In this document: piece by piece, positions 49,336 through 58,681 of the stretch
Numbering within the stretch: position 1 is the first letter of the stretch
Layout: every line of letters starts with the position of its first letter
Source: an uncultured Candidatus Saccharibacteria bacterium
GTDB taxonomy: Bacteria > Patescibacteriota > Minisyncoccia > Phycocordibacterales > PALSA-1337
Assembly (NCBI GenBank): GCA_964467225.1
Contig: CAYXPQ010000003.1
Location: 4,276 to 68,275, forward strand
Length of the DNA: 64,000 nucleotides
Direction of reading: 5' to 3'
Notes under the pieces: model-generated
The model's database searches: none
Seen by the model: only the letters and a program-made list of their open reading frames with translations
What the model was told of the DNA's origin: nothing
Translations under genes and position numbers: made by a program

Positions 49336-50949
49336 TTACGCTGCCATATCCAACTCAACATTAAATACAGACCCCTTACCATCCCCATCAGATTCAGCCC
49401 AAATTTTGCCTTGATGTGCAGTTACAATGTCTTTAGCAACGAATAGACCCAATCCAGTTCCATAAATATTTTGTTTATTCCCACTATCTAACCTTACAAA
49501 CTTAGAAAACAATCTAGGCATTGCCTCTGAAGATATTCCAACACCCGTATCCTTTACAGAGAAAGTAATTTTCTTTTCTTTAATATTTTTAACCAATGAT
49601 ACATCAATTGAGCCGCTTGGAGTGTATTTTATTGAATTATCAATCAGATTGGTTATAACTTGTTTTAATTTATCTTTGTCAGCATTTATTATGAATTTTT
49701 CATTTTCATTGTCAGGATTAAAATGCAAATTAAATGATAATTTGCTTTTTTGTATACTTGGTTTTAATTCATCAGCAACAGTTTCAACCATTTTTCTATA
49801 GTCAATAATTTCAAATGAATACTTCATAGTGCCAAGTTCAATTCTAGATACATTTAAATAATCATCCACAATATTTGTAAGGGTTTTAGAGGAATCCAGA
49901 ATCGTCTTAATAGCACTTTTAACTTCATCCTTTATTTCTCCAAATTCTCCTTCTATCAGAAGAGAAGCATACCCTTTCATTGCTGTCAGTGGTGCTCTAA
50001 GTTGATGGCTGGCAAAAGACACGAATTCAGATTTTTGCTTATCGAGTTCCAATAAGCGAGTATTTGCTTTTTTTAGATCCACAGCAAGTTTTTCAATTTT
50101 TTCTCTTTGATTAACCTCTCGTATAACGCTTTTGATGAGGAAGATGCCGACAAGAAGTGTGAACAAAAGTGTAATACCATTAGCAATATGATCAATTAAC
50201 GTTTCTCCAACCAAAAGCCTAATTAATAGAGTAATCCACAATGAGAAAGTTAGTAATTCTGTTGTAATTATTTTTGCACTAAATAGATGATGTTTAACAA
50301 TTGCATAAGATGCGGACAATGCCATTAATATTGTTGAAATTTGTCCCAACCAATTAATTGTAAAAATGCCGAATGAAGGAAGAATTAAATTTGAAACAAA
50401 AGATATTATTCCAGATGATACATAACCCAATAATACATAAATCAATTGGAGTCTTTCTGTTTTGTCTTCAGTTATTTTGACCTTTTTATACAGTCTTAAA
50501 AAAGCAAAATTGAAATAAAAAAGTATGTAGATAACATATACAAAATAAACATGACCCCAGTATATATTATTCTCACTACCAATCATTACTCTTGCCCCCT
50601 CAATAATTGAACTTCCGAAAAAAATTAATATTATTAATATTATATTTGGCAAAAAAATTAAAGTTTTTTTCTTGAACGAAATAGTAGAATATGTTGGAAA
50701 AACATAAGTAAAATATAAGAAATTACTAGCTATTAACGATGCAGATATGTACAACAACTTTGACCAAAAGACTATTGAATCGGGCGTGGACATTCTATAA
50801 AAAATCATGGCCAAACCCCAACCAATTATTGTAAGTATATTAAGCGAGTAAGCTTTATTTAATCTTTCCTTACTATTCTTTATTACAGTTGTACCCAATG
50901 CCAAAATTGCAAACATTACTACTATTAAGCTTATTGTAATAAGATCCAT
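49336..50949 (-). CDS. Sensor histidine kinase with N-terminal 7TM-type domain
   Basis: Multiple TMs, YAIVKHHLF, H-box ASHQLRAPLT, NLIDNSIKY, DTGVG, GTGLGL. Confidence 0.92.
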   Translation of the reverse strand: MDLITISLIVVMFAILALGTTVIKNSKERLNKAYSLNILTIIGWGLAMIFYRMSTPDSIVFWSKLLYISASLIASNFLYFTYVFPTYSTISFKKKTLIFLPNIILIILIFFGSSIIEGARVMIGSENNIYWGHVYFVYVIYILFYFNFAFLRLYKKVKITEDKTERLQLIYVLLGYVSSGIISFVSNLILPSFGIFTINWLGQISTILMALSASYAIVKHHLFSAKIITTELLTFSLWITLLIRLLVGETLIDHIANGITLLFTLLVGIFLIKSVIREVNQREKIEKLAVDLKKANTRLLELDKQKSEFVSFASHQLRAPLTAMKGYASLLIEGEFGEIKDEVKSAIKTILDSSKTLTNIVDDYLNVSRIELGTMKYSFEIIDYRKMVETVADELKPSIQKSKLSFNLHFNPDNENEKFIINADKDKLKQVITNLIDNSIKYTPSGSIDVSLVKNIKEKKITFSVKDTGVGISSEAMPRLFSKFVRLDSGNKQNIYGTGLGLFVAKDIVTAHQGKIWAESDGDGKGSVFNVELDMAA

Positions 50950-50954
50950 TTCAA

Positions 50955-52025
50955 TTAGTATTTAATAAAATTTTTAATATATTTTTCATCAATTATTCCC
51001 ATCGAATTTTGCATTAATTCATTATTAAATCTTAACTTAACACCAACATCTGATAATAATTCAAGAAATTCAAAGTCCAGTTGATTAATAGAATAATGTT
51101 TATCACTGTTATTGTGTGCTAATATTAGTGTCTCAGCTAAACAACTAAATATATCGTCCTTTCTACTTAATCCCATATTAAAATTACAACTTATTCCTGG
51201 AGCGTTCAAAACCCCACCTTCAATAACTAGTACATCCTTTCTATTTTCAATAATTTCTGGAGAAATATCTGATGGTTGCGCATCATTAATGATAATAGTG
51301 CCAGGAGAAACATCTTGTGATTTAATTACTACTTCAGGTGCACTAGTGGCAGCAATAATTATTTTGCATTGACTGACCGTATCAACTCTATGTGTAATAT
51401 CTATTGAAACATCTTTTGAATGCTTTTCAATTAATAAAATCTTTTCTCTTAAAACATTCAATTTTCTTTCAAGATCAATTAGATAAAAATTTTTATACCC
51501 CATTTTTGCCAAAAGGATTGCTACACCTGATCCAATACCACCTGCAGCACCAACTATTCCAATGCTAATTTTACTCTTATCAAGGTTGAAACTCTTTTCA
51601 ATTCTCAAAATATAGTCAGTAATATTTTTAATTGTATAAGTTCTTCCTGTTGTAATATATATATCCTTAATATTATTTATCACATCATTTCCTCCTGCGG
51701 TTAACGACGATGTCATTGCACCCAATCCAATGTATTTGGCACCTTTTGATTTTGCTAATTTAATTGCAGATAGAATTCTTTTAAGAGCAAGAGATTTGTT
51801 TTCTAGTAACTGATGTGCAGTCATTGGTACCCCAATTACTAAGCCATCAATTTTGTTACCATACTTATCAACCAATCCAGTTATTTTTGAAACCACAATT
51901 GGAGGTAAATTTTTTGTAATAAAATCAATAATAAAATTAGGGAAAGAACTTAAAAAAGGATATTTTCGCGGTAAATCACTCCTATCTCGAGAATGAACAA
52001 TAAAAGCGAATTTTATCTTACTCAT
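50955..52025 (-). CDS. Acyl-ACP-reductase-like / COG5322-type NAD(P) dehydrogenase
   Basis: FAFIVH, GA..IGLGAMTS, TTG..YT, VGAAGGIG, D.AQP.D, IEGG, SCLAET. Confidence 0.75.
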   Translation of the reverse strand: MSKIKFAFIVHSRDRSDLPRKYPFLSSFPNFIIDFITKNLPPIVVSKITGLVDKYGNKIDGLVIGVPMTAHQLLENKSLALKRILSAIKLAKSKGAKYIGLGAMTSSLTAGGNDVINNIKDIYITTGRTYTIKNITDYILRIEKSFNLDKSKISIGIVGAAGGIGSGVAILLAKMGYKNFYLIDLERKLNVLREKILLIEKHSKDVSIDITHRVDTVSQCKIIIAATSAPEVVIKSQDVSPGTIIINDAQPSDISPEIIENRKDVLVIEGGVLNAPGISCNFNMGLSRKDDIFSCLAETLILAHNNSDKHYSINQLDFEFLELLSDVGVKLRFNNELMQNSMGIIDEKYIKNFIKY

Positions 52026-52078
52026 ATTTTATGAGATTAATTTTAGCATTTACTGTAAAAAAATAGTAGTATGTAAAT

Positions 52079-53761
52079 ATGATTATAAAAAGCCTCCTAA
52101 TGCTAACAATTTTTCTAGACTTTATATTAGGTTTTATAGTTTTTAATCAAGAGAATAAAACAAGAACACAAAAATCTTTTATACTTTTATGTTTTATAAG
52201 TCTTTTATGGACAATTTCTAATTATATGACAGTGGTTTCAAATTCAATTTTTTGGTTTAATTCCACGTATGCTTTTGGATCACTGGTCATGTGTTCAGGA
52301 ATTATCTGGACATTGAATTACACCGAAATCCATTTGTCTAAGAAGAGACTAATTGTAATTATTATTCCATTTATAGCTTTATTTTTTCTTTCATATTTCA
52401 AAAATTTTATTACAATCTCCTACTCAAACACAAGTACTGATTTTATATATTTAATAAGAAATGGTTGGGGATTTTACATTTATACAGCCTTATATATAGT
52501 TGGTGCTTTTACTATAATCTCTATTCTTATAAAAAGATATTCAAAAATTATTGAGAGAAATCAAAAACACCTCAATTTAATTATTATTATTGGAATTATT
52601 CTCTCACTATTAATCATTAGCCTTAATAGTTTCATATTCCCCCACTTTTCAATCATCTTTTCAGGTGTATTAGATAATATTGGTTTTTCATTCTTTCTAG
52701 TATCAATATTCTTAGGAATATTCAAATATTATTTATTTAATATTAGGTTGATAACATTGGAAATCACTGTCTTTCTGCTCTGGATGATTATCTTTATCAG
52801 AGCGACATTTTCTAATTCTATAACCGAAATATTTGTTGAAAGTTCCATATTATTTGTCACTATTATAATTAGCAACTTATTAATCAAGTCAATAGTTAGG
52901 GAGATTAGCCTGAGGAAAGAAAAGGAATTTCTTGTTAGGAAGCTGTCGGTTGTTAATAATAAGTTAAAATCAAAAATCACCCACCAAACCAAAGAAGTGC
53001 GCAAGGCATATGAAATAGAAAATAGGGCCAGAAAGGATCTGGAGAAGTTAAATGAGACCAAGGACCAATTCATAATGCTCACCCAACACAACCTTAGATC
53101 CCCTATAACCACAATCAAATCAGAATTAGAGTTATTAATAAATGGTCACAATGGGAAAATAGATGATACTGCCCTAAATTCCATAATTAGGACCAAATCT
53201 TCTGCTGATAGACTGTCACAAATAGTTGATGATTTCCTGAATATTACAACTATTAAAATCGGTTCTCAAATACTAAAACTAGCAACAGGCAACGTAAAGT
53301 CTATTATTGAAAATGTAATTAACGATCTTAGACTTGAAGTTGAAGAGATGAGGGTAAAAATTAATTATATTAGTTCTGAAAATATTTGGCCTGATATTAA
53401 GATGGATATTAATAAAATAAGAGAAGCGCTCACTATAATCATTGAGAATGCAATTAAATACAATTTTGATAGAGGTGTGATTAATATTTCAAATACAATT
53501 GTTGATAATAATATCATTCTATCTATAGAAAATACTGGGGTCGGGATAACATCTGAAGAAAGTCAGAGTATTTTTAATAAACTATTTTATAGAGGAATGA
53601 GGGCCCGCGAAAGAAATCCAATTGGAATGGGTATTGGACTTCAGGTTGCCAAAGCAATTATTAGTGGTCATAAAGGCAAAATTAGTATTGAATCACTTGG
53701 TGAAAATTATGGCGCCTGTGTTGAAATAATTTTACCAATTAACTCTTATAATGAAGCCTAG
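52079..53761 (+). CDS. Second 7TM-type sensor histidine kinase
   Basis: Multiple TMs, IFKYYLFNI, H-box TQHNLRSPIT, ENAIKY, NTGVG, GMGIGL. Confidence 0.88.
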   Translation: MIIKSLLMLTIFLDFILGFIVFNQENKTRTQKSFILLCFISLLWTISNYMTVVSNSIFWFNSTYAFGSLVMCSGIIWTLNYTEIHLSKKRLIVIIIPFIALFFLSYFKNFITISYSNTSTDFIYLIRNGWGFYIYTALYIVGAFTIISILIKRYSKIIERNQKHLNLIIIIGIILSLLIISLNSFIFPHFSIIFSGVLDNIGFSFFLVSIFLGIFKYYLFNIRLITLEITVFLLWMIIFIRATFSNSITEIFVESSILFVTIIISNLLIKSIVREISLRKEKEFLVRKLSVVNNKLKSKITHQTKEVRKAYEIENRARKDLEKLNETKDQFIMLTQHNLRSPITTIKSELELLINGHNGKIDDTALNSIIRTKSSADRLSQIVDDFLNITTIKIGSQILKLATGNVKSIIENVINDLRLEVEEMRVKINYISSENIWPDIKMDINKIREALTIIIENAIKYNFDRGVINISNTIVDNNIILSIENTGVGITSEESQSIFNKLFYRGMRARERNPIGMGIGLQVAKAIISGHKGKISIESLGENYGACVEIILPINSYNEA

Positions 53762-54443
53762 ATATTACATTATAAAATATTCTTGTAATTTCAGTAATTG
53801 AGTCGGATTTATTATATTTTATATCCCTGCCTATATTCACAATAAATTTTGCTCTTAAACCATTTTTCTTAATTCTCATTGCAACTGGCAAAACACTGGC
53901 TCCTGTGGTCTTAGCTAGAACTGAAGCACCATGCTTAAAGTCTCCAATTTTGTCATTAAGAATAATACTTCCTTCCGGATATATCACAATATTACCATTG
54001 CTTTTAATTATTTTAATTGCTTCCTCAAGATTTTTATGAATTCCCCTGCCCTGATACACAACAAGTACTCCGAATATTCGATAAACAAAATCAACAATTA
54101 AAAGCTTTTTGAGGAGTTTTAATACAGGATGATCAAAATCTTTAACTGCAAGAAATCTTAATGGTAAATGATTTGAATTTAAGCCTAAAACAAGTCTAAA
54201 TATGAAACTATCATAAATAGAAACATGATTTGAAATTATTATAAAGGGTGATTTTATTTTGTCTAAATTCTCCCTGCCATTTATCTCAACATTATATAGG
54301 GTATTAAAAAAGATATATGCAATAGGCCATGATAAAAATTGAGTTATACCTGAAAAATATTTCAAAAAAATATTATATGATTCTGATTTGGGTGATTGAT
54401 AATACCCTTCGATATTTCGAATAGCCTCCATGCCCATATGCAT
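53739..54443 (-). CDS. PlsC-family acyltransferase
   Basis: SNHVSIYD (NHxSxxD), IYPEG, FKHGA. Confidence 0.88.
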   Translation of the reverse strand: MHMGMEAIRNIEGYYQSPKSESYNIFLKYFSGITQFLSWPIAYIFFNTLYNVEINGRENLDKIKSPFIIISNHVSIYDSFIFRLVLGLNSNHLPLRFLAVKDFDHPVLKLLKKLLIVDFVYRIFGVLVVYQGRGIHKNLEEAIKIIKSNGNIVIYPEGSIILNDKIGDFKHGASVLAKTTGASVLPVAMRIKKNGLRAKFIVNIGRDIKYNKSDSITEITRIFYNVISRLHYKS

Positions 54444-54460
54444 ACATTATATCCGATTTT

Positions 54461-56599
54461 TTATTTTTTAGGCCAGCTTTCGATAATTAGCATGTTTTTA
54501 CCATCAATTGGCATGTCTGTCCATATCTCTTCGGTAACAAATGGTATAAATGGATGCAGGCAAATCAACAACTCAGATAATATTTTGACTAGCATGTTTT
54601 TGCGAGAATTTTTGTGTGGATCATTACCTTCGGTAATTATTTTTTTACTTTCTTCTAGAATTTTGTCTGCAAAATTGTGCCATGAATAATGATACAATTT
54701 CTCACCTGCCATATAGAATCTGAAACTATCCATATCTGAGGTTACATCAGCTAGTATAGATTTCCATTGTGAAATATGATCTGCATCTATCTTTTCATAT
54801 TTATTAAAATTAGAGTCATATTTAATATCTCCAACACTACTCAATACGAATCTTGCAATGTTCCAAAGCTTATTTGCGTAGTTTTTGTAAGCTCTTATTT
54901 TGTCCTCAGACAAGGCCAATGATGTTCCTGGAGTATTACCAACAACCATACCCATCCTGAAGGCATCTGTGCCGTATTTATCAGTTAAATCAAGTGGATT
55001 AATAACATTTCCCTTACTCTTGCTCATTTTTTGGCCCTTGGCATCAAGAACAAGACCATGTAGATACACAGTTTTAAATGGTACTTCTCCAGTAACATAT
55101 AGACCCAGCATTATCATTCTAGCTACCCAGAAAAAGATAATTTCTCCAGCTGTTTCCATAACATCTGTTGGATAGAAATTTTTGAAATCTTTGGAATCTG
55201 GATATCCTAGAGATACGAACGGCCATTGTCCTGATGAGAACCATGTATCAAATGTATCAGCATCCTGTTTTAATTCTGAATTACATTTTTTGCATTTTGT
55301 AAGTGAATTATCTAGATCAACATAACCTTCATTACACTTTGTACAAATCTTGGCAGGTATAGGAATACCCCAGACTATTTGTCTAGAAATATTCCAGTCC
55401 ATAATATTATTCAACCAGTGTGTAATTATCTTCTCATAGTGATCAGGGATAAATACTATTTCCTTATTTTTAATTTTCTCTAGAGCTTTATCTGCCAATG
55501 GCTTCATCTTTACGAACCACTGACTCCTGATCTGCGGCTCTATTGTGGTTCCGCATTTATAGCAAGTTTTTATATTATGCTTGTAATTCTCATCTACTTT
55601 CTCTACTAGGCCTTTGCTCTGTAGTCTCTCAATAATTAATGGTCTGGCTTTATTTATACTCATACCTGCAAAATCTCCAGCAATTGGCAACAACTTTCCC
55701 CTTTCATCTATTACTTGCTCTTTGTCTAATCCATGTCTTTCTGCAATTTCAAAGTCCACAGCATCATGCCAAGGTGTAATCGTCATTACACCAGTTCCAA
55801 ATGACATATCTATTGCACTATCCTTTATTATAGTTGCTGTGACTTTACCATTTATCCATTCAGCTTCGAACTTATCTCCATGCTTGTATTTCTCGTATCT
55901 TTTATCATCAGGGTGCATAACAACATATTTGTCACCGAACTTTGTCTCAGGTCTTGATGTGGAAATTGTGAATGGACCATATTTCAAATAATAAAATGGT
56001 TCTACCTTCTCCTCATCTTTGATCTCTAAATCAGAAAATGATGTTTGATGCTTCGGACACCAGCTAATTATTCTATTCCCTCTGTAGACTAGGCCGTCAT
56101 CGTATAATTTTTTAAATGTTTTATATACATTCTTAACAACATCTTCGTCCAATGTAAATTTGGTCCTGCTCCAATCACATGATGAACCCATACTTCTAAC
56201 TTGAGACAAAATATTTTTTGAATTAGTCAAAGTAAAATCCATTATTTCCTCATATAGCTTTTGGGGTTCAATTTCAAATCTGGATCTTCCCTCTTTCTCT
56301 AATTTTTTCTCATATACTACCTGAGTCTCAAATCCAGCATGATCAAGTCCTGGTAACCACAAAGTCTTAAATCCTTGTAATCTCTTGTAGCGGGTCATTA
56401 TATCCTCAATAGTCATCACCAATCCGTGTCCAGCATGCAATGATCCATTCGCATTTGTTGGAGGCATGATAATAGTGAAAGATTTGCCATCTTTATTAGG
56501 TAAATTGTCAGGATTGAAATACCCACTTTCCTCCCATTTTTTATATATAATAGGTTCTACCTCCTTGGCATTATATGGCTTTAGGAACTTTTCATTCAT
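54461..56599 (-). CDS. valS: Valine--tRNA ligase (no C-terminal coiled coil)
   Basis: LHAGH, WLPGLDHAG, DWNISRQ..WG, DTWFSS, KMSKS. Confidence 0.97.
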   Translation of the reverse strand: MNEKFLKPYNAKEVEPIIYKKWEESGYFNPDNLPNKDGKSFTIIMPPTNANGSLHAGHGLVMTIEDIMTRYKRLQGFKTLWLPGLDHAGFETQVVYEKKLEKEGRSRFEIEPQKLYEEIMDFTLTNSKNILSQVRSMGSSCDWSRTKFTLDEDVVKNVYKTFKKLYDDGLVYRGNRIISWCPKHQTSFSDLEIKDEEKVEPFYYLKYGPFTISTSRPETKFGDKYVVMHPDDKRYEKYKHGDKFEAEWINGKVTATIIKDSAIDMSFGTGVMTITPWHDAVDFEIAERHGLDKEQVIDERGKLLPIAGDFAGMSINKARPLIIERLQSKGLVEKVDENYKHNIKTCYKCGTTIEPQIRSQWFVKMKPLADKALEKIKNKEIVFIPDHYEKIITHWLNNIMDWNISRQIVWGIPIPAKICTKCNEGYVDLDNSLTKCKKCNSELKQDADTFDTWFSSGQWPFVSLGYPDSKDFKNFYPTDVMETAGEIIFFWVARMIMLGLYVTGEVPFKTVYLHGLVLDAKGQKMSKSKGNVINPLDLTDKYGTDAFRMGMVVGNTPGTSLALSEDKIRAYKNYANKLWNIARFVLSSVGDIKYDSNFNKYEKIDADHISQWKSILADVTSDMDSFRFYMAGEKLYHYSWHNFADKILEESKKIITEGNDPHKNSRKNMLVKILSELLICLHPFIPFVTEEIWTDMPIDGKNMLIIESWPKK

Positions 56600-56703
56600 A
56601 GGTAATACTATACATTATTTTACATATATTTCAAAAAAATAATAAAATTAAGCCATCTCCCTATTAGGAAATGGCTATGGAGTTTTGGCACTCATTGTCT
56701 TTA

Positions 56704-56889
56704 TTATTCCAAGACTTGGATTTGTGAGCAGACTCCACCATATATTTCACATATTTGGCGATGTCTCCTTTTCGAAGGTTTGGAGGAGCACCTCCTAACA
56801 CTTCGTGAAATGCATATCGACCCTGTGAGATTCGATTCTGCATTTGTTATACGGTCCGACACAACTATTTTTTCTTCATTCGTTTTCAC
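56704..56889 (-). CDS. Possible small hypothetical protein (cassette)
   Basis: 61 aa GTG-start ORF, GC-richer, followed by hairpin AGCCAT...ATGGCT (~56651-56676); coding status weak. Confidence 0.35.
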   Translation of the reverse strand: MKTNEEKIVVSDRITNAESNLTGSICISRSVRRCSSKPSKRRHRQICEIYGGVCSQIQVLE

Positions 56890-56978
56890 TTACACTGCCT
56901 TTTTGTTGCACTCCTTTTGGAGTGGAGATACTTTACTTAAGTTATCTCTATATTAGATTAACATAAAAAAGATTTTTG

Positions 56979-57024
56979 ACAAAAGATAAGGCCACAAGGG
57001 TGGGGCTTGAGAGCCTTTTTCTTG
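56979..57024. repeat. 46-bp hairpin repeat, copy 1
   Basis: ACAAAAGATAAGGCCACAAGGGTGGGGCTTGAGAGCCTTTTTCTTG; near-identical to 57474-57518. Confidence 0.9.
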
Positions 57025-57035
57025 TGACCGTGCCA

Positions 57036-57404
57036 CTACAACGCTTCCAACCGTGTTTTTGCTTCATCCTTCGTGATTTTACCATCAATGAAATCACGGA
57101 TTACGGTACGAAGCGGTTCCGGACAAAATTCATTCCGCAAACAAATAATATCGAGTGTCTGTGGGGGACCATTCAATTGATTAATAGCCACCTTAGCGAG
57201 TGTTTTGACAACCGCATCAACCTTTTTGAACGATCCATCAGGACCCACCTTAATAGATGAGTCCGAGTAAATCATGCTGAAGGCTATAAGAACCGCCCCC
57301 ACAGCGTATTGTAATGAGTCTCCATGGCACAAGGTATTATCCTTGTCTCCAGCAACCCAAGCAGAGTAGACGCCATCTTGGCTTTTCGTAAATTCAATAT
57401 TCAT
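57036..57404 (-). CDS. Hypothetical protein (cassette between direct repeats)
   Basis: 122 aa, GC-rich; N-terminus IEF.K.QDG.YSAW......GDS...A loosely recalls a HicB-like fold (weak). Confidence 0.65.
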   Translation of the reverse strand: MNIEFTKSQDGVYSAWVAGDKDNTLCHGDSLQYAVGAVLIAFSMIYSDSSIKVGPDGSFKKVDAVVKTLAKVAINQLNGPPQTLDIICLRNEFCPEPLRTVIRDFIDGKITKDEAKTRLEAL

Positions 57405-57473
57405 AGTGGAAATGAATGCCTTTCTTTCCTTACGATATCATTATTTCTTATAAATTTCAATTATTTTTATGAC

Positions 57474-57518
57474 ACAAAAGATAAGGCCACAAGGGTGGGC
57501 TTGATAGCCTTTTTCTTG
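57474..57518. repeat. 45-bp hairpin repeat, copy 2
   Basis: ACAAAAGATAAGGCCACAAGGGTGGGCTTGATAGCCTTTTTCTTG; one indel and one substitution vs copy 1. Confidence 0.9.
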
Positions 57519-57591
57519 CGGCACTCTACTATTCTTCATTAAGAGCGAGTACTTGTTCTGCTTATGTCAAAACATAAGATGAGAGATTTTG

Positions 57592-57664
57592 TGGACCCGA
57601 GGAGATTCGAACTCCTGACCTTCCGCTTGCAAAGCGGTTGCTCTACCAACTGAGCTACGGGCCC
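57592..57664 (-). tRNA. tRNA-Ala (TGC)
   Basis: Reverse complement GGGCCCG TAGCTCAGTTGGTAGAGC A ACCGC TTTGCAA GCGGA AGGTC AGGAG TTCGAAT CTCCT CGGGTCC A; G3:U70; CCA not encoded. Confidence 0.96.
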
Positions 57665-57684
57665 CTGTGACTTACATACATTCA

Positions 57685-57734
57685 ATGTTATTCGAACCCA
57701 TCTGTTGTATACCTACCAAAACAGCTACGAGCCC
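57685..57734 (-). pseudogene. Degenerate tRNA remnant
   Basis: Reverse complement GGGCTCGTAGCTGTTTTGGTAG...GGGTTCGAAT resembles the adjacent tRNA-Ala 5' half and T-loop. Confidence 0.45.
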
Positions 57735-57763
57735 ATATAACTAAACGTAAAAATTATTTTACA

Positions 57764-58660
57764 TTATTTTCTACTTAAAGCAAGTTCCAAAACATGATCT
57801 AAGAAATGAGGCAACGATGAGCCAACATTCTCCAATGACTCCTTGAATAATTGATCATCGTGAATTTTTGGTAGAGCATTCGTGTTAACTAGATAAATTC
57901 CCATCTTTGGATGAATAATAAAATCCGAGCTTGAATAATGTCTCAGACCCAGAGCTTCATGTGCTCTCTTGGCAATGTCTTCAATTATTCTTTTCTCCTC
58001 AATAGTTATTCCCTCACCCATCGCTGGAAGTGCATATAAATCATGATTTCTATATTTATCTATCACAACACATTGGCAATCTTTACCAATAATATATTCT
58101 TCTATTATTACATTGTTACTATACTTTTGGGCTTCGATGATTGCACTTTCCAAATCGCTAAAATTTTTTACATAACTAATTCCTTCATTGTTATTTCCAA
58201 ATGCTGGCTTTACCACGACTGGTAAAGGAAATGATCTGAATATTTTGATTATTGTATCTTTTATGTTCTTAATTGAAGTTTCAATTATATGTCTGGGTGC
58301 TTTAATCTTATTATTTTTTAAAATATCTTTGGCATGGAGCTTGCTGACATTTATTAATGAATAGAAGGATTTTGTTCCGGTAAAAGGTATAGCATGCGAT
58401 TCTAAGATATGCTGCACCTTACCATCTTCCCCATAATACCCATGCAGTGCATTAAACACCACATCAATATGATTTAAGGCAGAGTGAGGCAAAACAGGCA
58501 AACCATGCATATACCATTGACCTTCTTTATCAATGAAAATATCTCGAACATTATATTTCTCTTGCGGTAAATTATTGAGCACAGTCGCACCAGTTTTTAG
58601 TGAAATTTCATACTCACTACTTGGACCGCCTCTTAGAACACCGACTCTTATTCTATGCAT
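57764..58660 (-). CDS. ddl: D-Ala--D-Ala ligase family protein (degenerate active site)
   Basis: GG.SSEYEISL..G, FNALHG.YGEDG, PVVVKP, IEEYI.G; C-terminal motifs altered. Confidence 0.8.
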   Translation of the reverse strand: MHRIRVGVLRGGPSSEYEISLKTGATVLNNLPQEKYNVRDIFIDKEGQWYMHGLPVLPHSALNHIDVVFNALHGYYGEDGKVQHILESHAIPFTGTKSFYSLINVSKLHAKDILKNNKIKAPRHIIETSIKNIKDTIIKIFRSFPLPVVVKPAFGNNNEGISYVKNFSDLESAIIEAQKYSNNVIIEEYIIGKDCQCVVIDKYRNHDLYALPAMGEGITIEEKRIIEDIAKRAHEALGLRHYSSSDFIIHPKMGIYLVNTNALPKIHDDQLFKESLENVGSSLPHFLDHVLELALSRK

Positions 58661-58681
58661 GAATATATTATACCGTATATT

